Both the position numbers and the translations under genes were made by a program. A stretch of 64,000 nt of DNA from Cycas panzhihuaensis (Eukaryota; Plantae; Cycadophyta), in the NCBI GenBank assembly GCA_023213395.1, contig CM041465.1, positions 174,909,741-174,973,740 of the forward strand, in the 5' to 3' direction. Numbering within the stretch: the first letter of the stretch is position 1; every line of letters starts with the position of its first letter. A model generated the notes under the pieces. It did not search any database, was not told the DNA's origin, and worked only from the letters and a program-made list of their open reading frames with translations. This document shows, in pieces, positions 1-13,457 of this stretch.

Positions 1-3000
1 TATAAGGTGGAGATTGATAATCACCTGTTAATTTTACACCTGATTGTAAAGGGGTTGGGGCTAGTTTTGCATTTTCCATATTAAATCTTTTTATTAAATC
101 AATAATGTACTTAGATTATGAGAGTTATTTTTTATTCCAATTGACAGATTTGTAGGCCTAGAAAATAATGTAAAAGTCTTAAGTCTGTCATTTCAAATTT
201 ATTCATCGGAATGGATTTTAATTGATGAATGTGAGAAAATAGAGAACCAATTATTATAATATCATTGATATAAAAGATTAGAATGGTAATATTCTCGTCT
301 TGGCATTTGAAATAAAGATTAGGATCACTAATACATTTAGTGTATCCATTTTGAAGAAGGTAATTATCGATCTTAATGTACCAAGCCCTCGGAGCTTGTT
401 TAAGACCATATAGAGATTTTTTAAGTTTACAAACAAAATTGGAATTAGACACAAAACTAGGTGGTTGAGACATATATATTTCTTCTTTAAGATCACCATT
501 TAAGAATGCGCTTTTTACATCCATTTGATGTATTTGCCAGCTAAATTTAGTTGCAAGAGCAATAATGGTTTTGACTGTGTTCATTTTAGTAATAGGAGCA
601 AAGGTTTCAGTGTAATCAATGTCGTCAACCTAAGAAAAACCTTTGGCTACCAAACGAGCCTTATGTTTTACGATTACTCCTTTTGAATTACATTTAGTTC
701 GGTAAACCCATTTGCAGTCTACCAAATTCTTGTTAGGAGGTAATGGTATTAAATCCTATGTTAAATTTTTTTGAAGAGCATCATATTCAACTTGTATGAC
801 TTGTTGCCATACAAGATTATAACAAGCTTCTTTATAGGTTTTAGGGTCATTACTGACCATTAACGCAAAGTTAGCTTGTAATTTGTCATTTGATTCTCTT
901 GGTATCTGATGGATCACTAGCATCAGAACTAGCAGCCGAAAAGGTTTTTCAAGCCCAAACTGGCTGTTTGTTTTTTGAAGAAGAATTAGAAGTAGAAGGT
1001 TGAATAGAAGAAGTTGAATCAGACGTACTTGGTTCACTTAAGGTCCAGTTTTGGACTTGCATAGATAAATTATCGATTGCTTCACTATTGACTTGTATTT
1101 TTGAGGGGTCTTTTAAATAAGTATTAGTTAATAAGATTTCGACAAGAAGTTCTATAAGATTTGTTTTTGATGAAGAACCCTCTTCATCAAAAATAACATC
1201 ACGTAAAATTAAGATTTTATATGTGATGTGATCTAATAATCTATAAGCTTTACTTTCTTCACAGTATCCAACGAAGATAAATTTGACACTTTTGGGATCA
1301 AGTTTATTTCGTTTTTCCTTTGGAATATGTCTCCAAGCAATACTTCCAAAGACTTTAAGATGTTTTACAAATGGTTTCCGACCACACCATTTTTGTTCTG
1401 GTGTAACATTCTATAAGGATTTACTTGGTAAGTGGTTTCATAAATAGATGGAGCAGGCTATTGCTTTAGCCCACAACTTAAAATCAAGACCTTTTGCATG
1501 TATCATGCATCTAGTCATTTCATTTCAACAAGAGTACGATTCTTACGTTCTACAACACCATTTTGTTGAGGAGTATAGGTAACAGAATGTTGAAATCTAA
1601 TTTCATGTTTTTCACTTTCTACAATATGAAGTAAATTTATTACTTAGATACTCTTTAGCATTATTAGATCTAAAGATTTTAATTCTTGAATTATATTGGT
1701 TTTTAACCAATGTTTTAAACTCAACAAATATATCAAATATTTGACTTCTAGTTTTGAGCATGTATACCCAACATTTCCTAGACAAGTCATCAATAAAAGT
1801 AATAAAATATTTACTTCCGGAGTACGATGGTACTTGGAAGGGGCCGCAAATGTCTGAGTGAATAAGTTCAAGTAGAACTTTTGCTCGAAACGATGTTTGA
1901 TAAGGAAAAGGATCTATGTGTTGGTTACCTGTTACACAGGCTTCACAAACACCATAGAGAGTAGATAGGGGAGTAAGTCCATATACCATATCATGCTTAT
2001 TTAGATATCGTAATTTGCCATAACTTGTATGGCCAAACTGGGCATGCCATAACTTGTTAGCTGGGTCAAATTTAGCTATAAAGGCACTAAAGGATTTAGT
2101 TTTAGATTGATTTAGATTTGTTAAACTATACAAACCTGTTTTATGATCAACAAGTCCTAAAGCAATAGTTTTGAATTTATTAAAAGGTTGTTTGATAATG
2201 AATTTTTCTTTCTAGAATTCGACAACTAGGTCTTTCTAATAGATTTGATAAATGATAAAAGATTAGGTAATAGTCTAGGAACGTAAAATACATCCTTGAT
2301 TGAACCGTCTTTTTAAGGTAACATCTCTAGTACCTTTGACTTTCAATTGAGATCCACTCCCAAATGAGATTTCCTCTTTGGAATTAAGATCGGACTAATA
2401 GGAAGTTAGATATTTTTTGTGACCCGTCATATGATGGGATGCACCACAATCTAAAATCCATAATGGTGGTTGTGACGTAGGTGCAAAAAGTGCTAATGTG
2501 GTAGCAGTTAAAGAATGATTAGAATTATGGGATCGTGATTGGATCCCTTTCGAAGCTTTCTAGGCTTCAGAAGCAATTCTATTCCTACAGACATTGATTG
2601 TGTGCCCTTTTTTGTGACAGTAGGCACAACTAATATTTTAATTAGGATTAGAGTTGAAAGCATTCCATTTTTGAATGATTGTTTAGAAGTATTTTGGCTT
2701 TTTGGTGGTCCAGAGTACTTAAAATTTTGATTGAAGTTGTTTCAAAAAGAACCTCTATGAGGTTTTTGAGATTTGGGATGACTATTGTGATTATTTTGGT
2801 TTTTGTATTTGTTTGGTGGCTTAGATTTGGAAAAACGAGCCTATGAAGGATCTTGTAGTTTTCCAGTTTGTATTAACATTGTTTGGTGTTCAATCAGTTG
2901 ATTTGTTAACTGACTGAAAGTTATCGGAGGGTATTCGGCCTGCTGCCTAGCATCTTTGAAAAGATTAAAGTGTTTAAGAAGTTTATTAATCGCTAGACGA

Positions 3001-3469
3001 ACAAGTGTATTGTCGTCTTTTACATGTGTGGTAGTTATGACTTTGTCACCTTCTTTTCTTGTAGATTTTATACAATTTCCTAAATCTCTATTGATAAGTT
3101 GACGTTTCGATAAGAAATCCTCAACTTTAGAGAAATCTTCATAGTTTAAATCGTACATTTATTGTTCAAGCACTATTTTTCTTTAAGCGTATTCCAAACA
3201 ATGGCGATATCATCTGTTTCAGAGAAATGCCTGCTAATGTCTGGCGAAAGAGAGAATAGAATGGTGCCTAGGGCTCCATCACAATTCACCAGATATACCA
3301 TATAGGCTTCTGATGTAGTGTCTGTTGGTTTTGCAAACTCTCCTATGACATATCGCAAAAGCTTTTGTTGCTTTAGGTGATGGGATATACGAGTTTTCCA
3401 GTCGGCATAATTAAAACCTGCTAAAACTAGAATTGGAGTATAAGAGATTGTCCCTAGGATGAGTGCCAT
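1..3469 (-). pseudogene. Copia gag-pol polyprotein relic
   Basis: ORF fragments 3173-3469 and 2841-3158 (gag), WILDCGASHHMT near 2430-2460 (PR), 1612-2133 (INT), 132-584 (RT). Confidence 0.93.
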
Positions 3470-5355
3470 ATTGGATAAGAAACGATGACTAGAGATCCTC
3501 TTTTAATAAAGTTTAAAGGAACAAGAAGATGGGAAAAGAAATATTAAGCCATAATCGAATATAATCACAACATTTGATTTTAATTAATAGGAAATATCAT
3601 TAATTGATTGCAAAGTAAGCATGAATAAATGCAGTTGTATTTATCATTTTTTTATAAATAACATAAAGAAATAAACCCTTTTGCACATCAAAATGATTGT
3701 TAGCAATCAAAAAAGTGTAAATTTAATCATATATTTGAAAAATAAAATCAAACATGTAAACATTTGCATGTTTATAACATTGTTTGTATTAAAACATTGT
3801 GAAATATTGATTTAATTATTTGCTTAATAAATTGTATAAATTTATTAAAAATTAGGCAAGAAAATGATATAGTTAATTAATGAATTTGACAAAAGATTAA
3901 ATGTGTATTAAATTAAAACAATAATTTTGAAAAATGTAAAGAAAAATTCTTGGTTGAGATCACGTACTAGAACTTACCTAGTCGTGTTTAGTTTCTGGAC
4001 TTTGTGCAAGATTTTGCAGATTAAAATGGCATCCAAATAGCTTAAATGACTAGCCAAGACGTCGGTGTCTGAATCAAGAATCCGATGCAACTTCCGGAAC
4101 TTAACTTGTAGTCTGGATGAAAAAGTTATGGCCTAAAACGTATAGGTACCCTATTTGAGATGAGGCAGGGGTTGAAAACTAGGGGTTAAGCCCCTTTCAT
4201 CATTGTATCAAGGTCACATAGGGGGCCTCATATGACCAAGGGGCTGGCAGGAAGGGGGTTGGCAGACTCGAAAAAGAAATAGGACAGATTTTATGATGTT
4301 TAAAGTCCATAAAATAAAGGTCACATGACATATCAATATAACCAGGGGGCTAGCGTGAAGCAGGGGGTTGGCAGATCCAAATTATTAATTCAATTTGGTT
4401 TAATATAAATCAAAACTTTGAAAAAAAATAAATTAAATTGATTTAGGTGGATTTGAAATTTTTGTGACTTGCAAAAGCAAAATAGGCTAGATTTGATTAT
4501 TTTTCACGTCCGTTTAGACAGAAAAAATAAAATAAAATAAAATAAATAATAAGATTGTTAACCCTAAATTTTAAGGTTTTGACTGTTCGCCAGTTGTAGG
4601 ACTACGATGAAGAGCGAGCAGATTTCTTCTTACAAGTCGATGGCATCTCTGGCGATTTCTTCGAGATTAAGGTTGGGTCTCCATCAACAATCTTCATGGT
4701 CTTGAGTAGCTGCAAATAATATGGCTTCAACAAGAAACAGGGCTGCATCTCTGCGTGCTGCGTCTCAATATGCTTCGTCTACCTCATTGGGCTTCTTTGT
4801 GGATCAAAACATTGTTGGACTGTGTTATAACTTCAAGCGATGGTGATTGCATATACTTTTTATTTCCACCTACGTGGCAAAGACATGGTTTGTTCAAGCA
4901 TCTACCTGGCATCTCCATTTCTCTTCATTCCAGGTTGAACAGTCTCCATTAATGCCGTTCTCCATGTGTTCAAAGTTCGGGAATGACCTCTAGGGTTTCC
5001 TTCAATCTTCTATGGAGTGGCGTGCTTGGACCTCCATTATTTGTTAACTGCATGAGGAGTTCACATTTTTTTTTCTTTTTTCTTTTGTATGGGTAGACGT
5101 CTTCACATAGACCAACAAGTCTACTTTTCCTTGTTTGCAGGAAAATGTTAATGCATATGTGCTTGTATATAGTCTTTCAATATTTGACAGTTGAATGAAC
5201 AGATGATTTTATTCCAAGAGGTTGCCTCCTCCTTGAAAAATGGTTGTAAGAATCTCACCGATTTGCTTTCTCTATATTTTGATATTAGTTTGCAAATTTT
5301 TGCTTCAAAAATCTTGTTTCAAAGAATTCTTTAGAGAAATACTGTTGAAAACCCT

Positions 5356-5367
5356 GCTCTAATACCA
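5356..5367 (-). promoter_or_regulatory. Primer-binding site (tRNA-iMet type)
   Basis: Minus strand TGGTATTAGAGC, one mismatch to TGGTATCAGAGC, directly inside the LTR end. Confidence 0.85.
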
Positions 5368-5781
5368 TGATGGAGAGAGGGTATCATACATAAACCACAA
5401 GTATAAATATCAATATCAACCGTAAATCCAATCAAACATGTTACACCACATATGGCAAGTGGAAAACCCCTTTAGGGGAGAAGAAACCACCTCTAAATAT
5501 AATAATTTTATTAAAATAATAAACAGAATAGGATGAATACAATAGAGGATCTCATCTCCTCTCTTCAGAATACCATCAACCTACCAAACCTTCTTCCTAC
5601 ATAATGTGCTCAACCAAACCTACCTTGAATGTAGGGAAGATTCTAAAATGAAGAAGATAAGAGGTCGTTGAAATGGGCGATTGTCCATTTCACTGAACTA
5701 TATAATTAACTAATAATACATTAATAAATTAACATTACAAAGTCAACATTATAAAGATAACATTAGTAATTATTTCTAACA
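5368..5781 (-). repeat. 5' LTR of the Copia element
   Basis: Minus strand TGTTAG...CATCA followed by the PBS. Shares the GAGGTGGTTT...GGGGTTTTCCACTTG block with the LTR at 42797-43167. Confidence 0.8.
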
Positions 5782-6477
5782 ATAATAAATACAATTAAAA
5801 TGGATTGCAGATCAGACGGAGAGCTCGCTAGTTAGGGTTTGCTCACGGTGACGAAGAACAGGTGCAGATAGAGTTCCAAAGGCAACAGATTTGCCTCAAA
5901 CAGAGGGACGGATGCAAGGAAGTTTAAATCAAGATAGGCCTCCTTCTCGGGATGGTTTGCTTTGGTCCTTGGAGCTAGAGGGCACGCTAAGGAGACATGG
6001 AGGAGAGACGGGCCAGTGCCAATAGTCAAGGCCAAGATGGGATCCTTTATCACCAGGATTTGATGATGGCTTAGATCTAGGAAAAAGCAGACAGTCAAAG
6101 GCTATTACTCGCAGATTGGAGCTATCTAGGAAGGGCGCGAGGGCCTCAGGTGGGCACAAGAGGCAAGGGGATAAGGAAGAAGGTCCGGATAGGATTCATC
6201 AAGAGAAGGCGGTGGTGATCCTCGCGTGTAGAGATGGGAGGATTATGCCTAGGCTGAGCAGAGGTTTTAAAAGGAGCAAGGAAGATTCTTGCTGGAAGCA
6301 CACTTCGAAATCAGATGACCAAGTTGGTGAGGGAGATAAGGTGTTTTCTGCTGAGCCACCCACGGAAGGAGACAACAAGATCTTGTACATTCAGTATTGG
6401 GTGAGAGCTCTTATTTGCTTTCTTAATCTAAAAGCTTTGATGGATCTAATATGTTGTATGCTTTTATAACAAGTGTA

Positions 6478-7887
6478 ATGAAAGATAAACAAAAAATGGA
6501 CCCAATTGAGATGGGAAACACAAAAATTAACCAGACCCAAAGCCCCAATAAAAGGATATCATACTCGGAAGACCAGCTTCAGAAGCTCATTAAACCTAAC
6601 CAGATCCAAATTCCCAATAAAGGGAAATCATATTTGGAAGCCCTTAGAAATGGATAGTCTGAGTCCTTTGAAATAAACCCTGTCGTAGAAGAAGACTCTA
6701 TTACAATACCTGTTCTTAAGAGATTGTTAGACCGAATGGAGAAACATTGGGAGAATAGCTTGGTCGGCCGCTTTGTGGGCCCCAGGCGAGGTGTGGATCC
6801 CATCATGAAATTGGTGAGTCAAAGATGGAAACTGAAGGGCACAGTGGAGGTAGTAGCATTTTCGAAAGGATGTGTGTTATTTAAATTCCCAATTAAAGAA
6901 GATATGATCAATATTTTAATGAAATCGCCTTGGATGATGGGGAGAAAGGCAATCTTGATGGAGAAGTGGCATATGGATTTTGATTCGGCTAAGGGTTGTG
7001 TGAGACAACTTCCCCTGTGGGTCTAGCTACCGGGCTTTCCATTGCAAGTTTGAGATCTAGATGTTATTAAAGGTGTTGCAAAAATCATTGGCCCTCTTCT
7101 GACAGTCGATTCAGCTACTAAGAATAGGAGCAAGATGGTGAGCACCAGATTCTGTGCCCTGGTGAGGATGAATAGACCCCTAGTTGATAGGGTGAAAATT
7201 AAGGGAAAAGGCTAGTGTAGGGATAAAAAATTTATACTTGAATTGGAGAATGTAAGATGCTCAATATGCAAACGCCAAGGTCATCTCCCCCAAAGCTGTC
7301 ATGGGGAACCTAAGAAAGAGCCATTGGAGAGTCAAGAAGGAGAAAAGGAGGGAAGCGAGCACTCTAGACCTCAAGTTGCTGACGAGGAAAAAAGGGAGGA
7401 TAAGGCCCCCACAGATGTAGGGAAAGAGGTAGAGGAACCAGTCCTGGTAAAAGCTGGGAAGGAGTTAGAAGAAGAAGCTCTTGCAGAAGTTGGGAAAGAT
7501 CTAGATTTGGAGGAGGAGGATACCCTCTATAAAGAAGGGGAGAATGAAGAAAGGGAGAAGAGCACTAACCCCATTCTCGAAAGTACCCAGAACCAAGAGA
7601 GGGAGGTAGACCTTGTTATGCTTGGCCAAGCAACCTCACTGGGGGTCGAGGAAATCACTCAGGAAGATCTTGCTCCCCATCAGGAGGATCATGGAAAGAT
7701 AGAGAAAGTCTGGAAAGTTAGGAAAGGTACTCAAGAGGAATCTAAGGATCCAGATCAGATAAAAGGCCCAGACTTCAGAAGTGAAAAGCGGTTGGGTAGA
7801 CCCTCTTCTAAAATCTTGAGAGAAAGGGAGGCATCCACCCAGATAGACCAAGGCAATCAACATACTCTAAGGGATATAGGAGGGTAG
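6478..7887 (+). pseudogene. LINE ORF1 (DUF4283/RRM-like plus CCHC zinc knuckle), disrupted
   Basis: WENSLVGRF, PWMMGRKAILMEKW, LPLWV and CSICKRQGHLPQSC motifs with in-frame stops. Confidence 0.9.
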
Positions 7888-10800
7888 GGGCCCAAACTAA
7901 AGAGTAAAAGATGTTGAACCCAGCCGGAGGAGAAGGAGGGGTCAACATGAAACTTGCCTTTTGGAATATTAGGGGCATGAATGCCCCTTCTAAATATAGA
8001 ATGGTTAGAGAATTCCGTTCTAGCTATGAGCTGGATATCCTCCTTCTACAAGAAACGAAACTTGAGGCAGGTAATAGAGATGTCGTTATCAATAAAGTTT
8101 GGAGGGAAGCCAGGCTGATCGTCAGGGATGGGAACAAAGGTTCTGGCGGCTTGGCTACCTTGTGGAACCCCAAGAGCTAGGAAGGGGAAATTTGTCTTTC
8201 TGAGGAGCATTTCATTTTTAGCTGGATGATTTATAAAGAATCCAACTTAAAATGGTTGATTACGAATGTATATGCTCCCTTAACGCAGGAGAGTAGGAAA
8301 CAACTGTGGGACAGGCTGTTGGAAGCTCATAAGGATTGGGGGGGTTCATGAGGGGGGTAGGGGGGCTGGTTTAAGAGTATGGAAGATCTAGTGGAGTTCA
8401 TGCAAAAGGGGGGAGTGATGGACGTTCTTCTCAGAGGTCTGAAGTATACCTGGTCTAATAGAAGACTGGGGGAGCACTACATACAGGTCAAGTTGGACAG
8501 AGTTCTGATAAACTATGCTTGGGCAAGCCATTATAGTAATATTATACTCGAAGCAATGCCCAAATCAGTGTCGGACCATTCACCACTGGTTTTGAGTTTT
8601 GCTGATAATAAGAAGTATATGGGCACACCATTCAGATTTGAGTTGATGTGGACTAAGGATCCAAGTCTTCGCGACCTGATTGCAGACTAGTGGAAAAGTC
8701 CAATCGAAGGTTGTGCAATGCTCGGGTTCTCCAAAAAGTTGAAATGGGTGAAGAGCCAAGTGAAAGAGTGGAATAAAAACGTCTATGGGAATATATTTGG
8801 ATCTACACACTAGATCTTGGAGGAGCTCAAGGATCTGGAGATGAAATTACAGGAAGAAGGAAGATCTATCCCTTTAGACCAGAAAGAGAGAGGTCTTCTT
8901 ACCAAGCTGGAGGATATTCTAGCAAAGGAAGAAATTCATTAAAGACAAAAATCCAAAGCCTTGTGGCTTGCTGAAGGAGACAGAAATACAAAATTCTTTC
9001 ATATGACCACCCTGAAGCACAGAACTTGCAACCATATTAATGCAATGATCAACAGGGACGATGAGGAAATCTCTGATCAAAGAGGTATAAAGGATGTGGC
9101 GGTGGACTACTTTAGGGACTTATTTAATGAACCTGGCTGCATGGATGCTAAGGCAAGGAGGGAGATGATAGATATGATCCCCAAGATTGTTAGGGAAGAC
9201 CTGAACAGAGTTTTAAAAGCTCCTTTCTCAATGGAAGAAGTGAGGAGTGTTGTGTTCGACATGAAGAAGGAGAAAGCCCCAAGTACAGATGGCTTCCCTC
9301 CGGGCTTCTTTCAAGAATACTAGGGCATCATCAAGGAAGATCTCCTAGAGGCAGTCTCAGATTTTCATGAGAATGGCATGATCCATGGGGAATGGCAGGC
9401 CACCTTCCTCGTCCTTATTCTGAAGAAGGGGAAGGCTAAAAGAATGGAAGATTTTAGACCGATAAGCCTTTGTAATGTGAAATATAAAATTTTGGCAAAC
9501 ATTTTAGCTAACAGGTTAAAAGGAATCCTTCCATTGATAATATCTCCTAATCGGGATGGATTTGTTAAAGGTAGGCAGATTTTGGATGGTATAGTAGTGG
9601 TTCACGAAACGGCCCACTCAACATTTCAGAAGAAGGAACCTGGTATGATTGTAAAAATTGATCTATCTAAGGCCTACAATAGGTTTTTGTGGGATTGCTT
9701 GAAGGAATGCATTAGAGCCTTTGTGTTTAGTGATCGGATGGGGAATTGGATAAATAGCTACATTTCAAAACCAAAGTTTTCAGTGCTTGTCAATGGTACG
9801 TCGACAACCTTTTTCCCAGGATTCAGAGGTCTGTGACAAGGAGGCCCTTTAGACCCGTATCCTTTTGTCATCATGGCTGAAATGTTGGGGAGGGCTTTGG
9901 AGGAAGCTAGAGGGACCGAAAAGATTAAAGCCCTAAAGCCCACATTGGGGGTGGGTAATGTTGTTCATCACCATTTTGTGGATGATAATATCCTTTTGGG
10001 CACGGCTACAATTGCAGAGGCCAGAGCGATTAAAAAAGAGCAAGTCAGATATGAGGAGGCTACAAATTAGAAGATTAATCTTAATAAAAGCAGTATCTTT
10101 TTTCTGAATACCTTGGCAAGAACCCAGGGTGCTATTAGTAGGATTCTGGGAATGCCTATTCGAAAGCTCCCCTCCCTATATCTTGGAATGCCCCTCTTTG
10201 TGGGAAAAATGGAGAAGGAGCTTTGGAATCCTATTATTGATTAAATCCAAAGGAAGTTGGCGAGATGGAAAGGGGCATTATTGAGCCAAGCTGACAAATT
10301 ACAACTGCTGACTGCTTTCCTCCAAAATGTTCCAACTTATATAATGTCCCTGTTTAGATGTCTGGCTAAGATTATTAGCGATCTTGAATCCATCCAAAAG
10401 AGGTTCCTATGGTCGGGAATGGAGGATAGGGACAAGATTCACCTAGTAGCTTGGGAGAAAGTTTGTCTCCCTAAGTAGGCAGAAGGTCTAAATGTGAAAG
10501 ATATAGCGTGCTTTAATAGAGCTCTATTGGCGAAACTTGGCTGGAGTTTATCTAAGGGAGAGAACAAATTGTGGTGTAGAATCATGAATTAGAAATATCT
10601 CAGGGATAAAAAGTACCTAAAGGATGAGTTCTTAGGCAAGGTTGGTTCTGTGATTTGGAGAAGCCTCATATGTGTGAGGAAGATTCTTGCGACAGGACTC
10701 CAGTGGAGGTTGGGGAACAACGAAAAAATTAATCTCTGGGAGGATGTTTGGTGTGGAAAGCCTCAACTGAAGGAGAGACCTACTTTAGACTTACCCCAGA

Positions 10801-11368
10801 ACACCTGTGAGAGGATTTACAAGAGGAACGTTAAAGATTATTAGGAAAGTTGTGGGGGCGTCAAGATCTGGAGATGCTTTGAGGATTTTCCCCCAGAGAA
10901 TGAGGGAAAGGATCAAATCGTATGCCTGAGAAACGAGCTTACTAAAAGCTATATTTCCAGATTTCCCAAGGAGGACGCAATGGTCTGGCCTGGGTCATCC
11001 TCAGGGGATTATTCGGTGAAGACGGGATATTTGTTTTTGTTATCTGAGAAAGGCCTTAGCGACAACAAAATGCTAGGGGGCATTTGGAACTTGGGATTAA
11101 TTCCCAAGGTTTCTATATTCTGGTGGCTTTGCCTAAAAAATAAAAGCCTAACCACGAACAATCTTAGGAAAAGAGTATTTGTCATGGTGAGCAGATGTAT
11201 TTTGTGTAGGGAGGAGGAGGAGTCCCTCAATCATATAATGCTTCACTGCCCCTATTCCAGGGAGGTATAGAAGATGTTGTGGAACACCCTTGGGGTAGAG
11301 TGGGTCCTCCCTGGTACGGTGAAGGATCTAGCTCCCTCTTGGATTTGCCCCTTTAGAAGTAGAGTGTT

Positions 11369-11498
11369 GAAGTCTCTCTGGAGCACATTAGTTCAGATGA
11401 TGATGTGGAACCTCTGGAAAGAAAGAAACAGAAGAAGTCTCTCTGGAGCACATTAGTTCAGATGATGATGTGGAACCTCTGGAAAGAAAGAAACAGAA
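11369..11498 (+). repeat. Perfect 65-bp tandem duplication in LINE ORF2 (frameshifting)
   Basis: GAAGTCTCTCTGGAGCAC...AAACAGAA starts at 11369 and again at 11434. Confidence 0.9.
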
Positions 11499-11815
11499 GA
11501 ATTTTCCAAGAAAAGCACATGGACGAACTTAAACTTTTTGGGATTATCTTGGGGCTTTGAAAAAGACCCTGCAGGGGGAGGAGGAGAAATTTGTCTCGTT
11601 TGAGGAAAGAAAGATTATGGAAAAATGGGGAATAAGCCTCAAAGTTAAATCAAAACCAAAAAGGTAGTGCAAGTGGGACCCTCCCCTAGTAGGATGGGTG
11701 AAAGTTAATTTTGACGGTGCAACGAAAGGTAACCTCGAAGAAGTAGGGGGAGGTGGGGTTTGTAGAAATGCCAAAGGGAGAGTGATTTGGGCCTTTGCGG
11801 AATATTACAGCTCCC

Positions 11816-12139
11816 AAACCAATCATCGAGCAAAGATGGAAGCTATGTGCAAAGTGGTGGAAATGATATCCCTGGAGGGCCACGATAAGGTAATTCTTGA
11901 AGGGGATTTGTTGAATATAATAAAGCAAATCAGAGGGGAAGCAGACCCGAATTGGAGATACAGTGCTCGGATAAATGAAACCAATCATCAAGCTAAGATG
12001 GAAGCTATGTGCAAAGTGGTGGAAATGATATCCCTGGAGGGCCACAATAGGGTAATTCTTGAAGGGGATTCACTGAATATAATAAAGCAAATAAGAGGGG
12101 AAGCGGACCCAGATTGGAGATATAGTGCTCGGATAAATG
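11816..12139 (+). repeat. 162-bp (54-codon) in-frame tandem duplication in the LINE RNase H domain
   Basis: TNHRAKMEAMCK...YSARIN occurs twice in ORF 11698-12339. Confidence 0.92.
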
Positions 12140-12616
12140 ATGCTAAGGAGATCCTTAAAGGTAGAGTAGAGAGACAAATGAACCATATCTATAGAGAAGG
12201 TAACGGGGTTGCTGATGGGTTGGCCAATTGGGGAGTTTGGGTCAAAAGGAATGAGATTTGGAGGGATATGATCCCTGATGGGATTTTGGATCTGGTTAGG
12301 AAGGATTTAGAGAGTACTGATACCGGGCAAGTAAGTTAGCCATCGAGCTTGTCAGTGGCATGGGAGGGCTAGTAGATTTGCTTAGTGGGAGGGGAGTCAG
12401 CTAAGCCGTGGGCTTGTCACGGCAATTTGTGTGGCCTTTTGGTAGATGATGTAAAGGGGTAGGGGTCCCCTTCTAAATCCCCTCACTTATTTAAACCTTA
12501 TCAAAAAAAAAAAAAAATACAATTAAATAATAATTCACCCTACATTAAAAAACCGACTTCATCTTCATTTAGGAATGCTAGAGTTACATAGCTCTTGTCA
12601 TAAATTGAGAGGTTTT

Positions 12617-13418
12617 TGTTGACTGGGAGATTCCACCCTTTTTGTGGAATCAATGCACTTGTCAAGGTTTACACAGCGCTATAGTCTAGTTTCAGGATAC
12701 TGTCAACATGGTCATTCACATACATTCCATATATAATTCACAGAATGGTACAATGATGTAAATCAATACATACTTCAGCAAATCATCATCACAACATCGA
12801 GCATACATCAATTTCCACATAACTCTTCCTTTTATTAATTCAACAGTTCATTTACGGTAGGAATGCATTCTGAGCATTCCAAAGACATCTGATCTTTCTA
12901 CTACAATGCGTACCCAGATGGTACTTATCATACAGTGATACTCCAATCGGTACATCGTCATCGTCTTGTCTCTCACCACAGCGTGCCGTGATATCCGGCT
13001 CTCACCCTAACTAGGTGAATCATGCGTTCCTCCTTAAGTACTCATGCTGGTACCGTTTGGCTGAAGGGTTATGACTGCCTATCATAACCGTACCCCTTCA
13101 GTCATGCGTACCCTTTCATTAATCACTTGTTAAGCACTTAATTAATTAATCCTTTGAGTCCGTGCGTGCATGCGTCGTCGCACCTTATGTGTCTTCACCG
13201 GTCCCACAGGTCGTGCATACCACCATTGCTTGGTTAGTTCCGCTGATGCGTTTACGTCATACGTACCCGTTCAGTCACCTTTTGTCATACGTACCAGAAT
13301 GCTTGTTTTTCGCCGTTTTGCCTCGTGCGTACCTCCGTGCGGTCCGTGCACTGCACAACTCGGGTTATCGACCTACCTCTGGTCCTCACACGACCATTGG
13401 GTCGGTTTGACTCCAACA
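12617..13418 (-). repeat. 3' LTR of the Gypsy element
   Basis: Aligns end to end with 22225-23026. Termini TGTTGAC...CCAACA on the plus strand. Confidence 0.95.
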
Positions 13419-13457
13419 TCTATCCGGGTCAATAGTTATGGGTTTGAGCATCCTTGC

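Larger units (their letters stand above)
1..5781 (-). mobile_element. Ty1/Copia LTR retrotransposon (decayed; 3' part runs off window start)
   Basis: Minus-strand order LTR-PBS-gag-PR-INT-RT. Gag LAGFNYADWK, integrase HSDICGPF/YFITFIDD, RT QMDVKSAFLNGDL and LKKSLYGLKQAPRAW. Many stops and frameshifts. Confidence 0.95.
7947..12339 (+). pseudogene. LINE ORF2 (APE endonuclease, RT, zf-RVT, RNase H), disrupted
   Basis: WNIRGMN, LQETK, LDRVL, SDHSP, FRPISLCN, FVDD, CILCREEEESLNHIMLHC, KVNFDGA and HIYREGNGVADGLA motifs. Confidence 0.95.
5800..12517 (+). mobile_element. Full-length L1-clade LINE with RNase H, poly(A) tail and TSD
   Basis: 5' UTR, ORF1, ORF2, A15 tail at 12503-12517. Perfect 13-bp TSD AAATACAATTAAA at 5787-5799 and 12515-12527. 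Confidence 0.96.
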
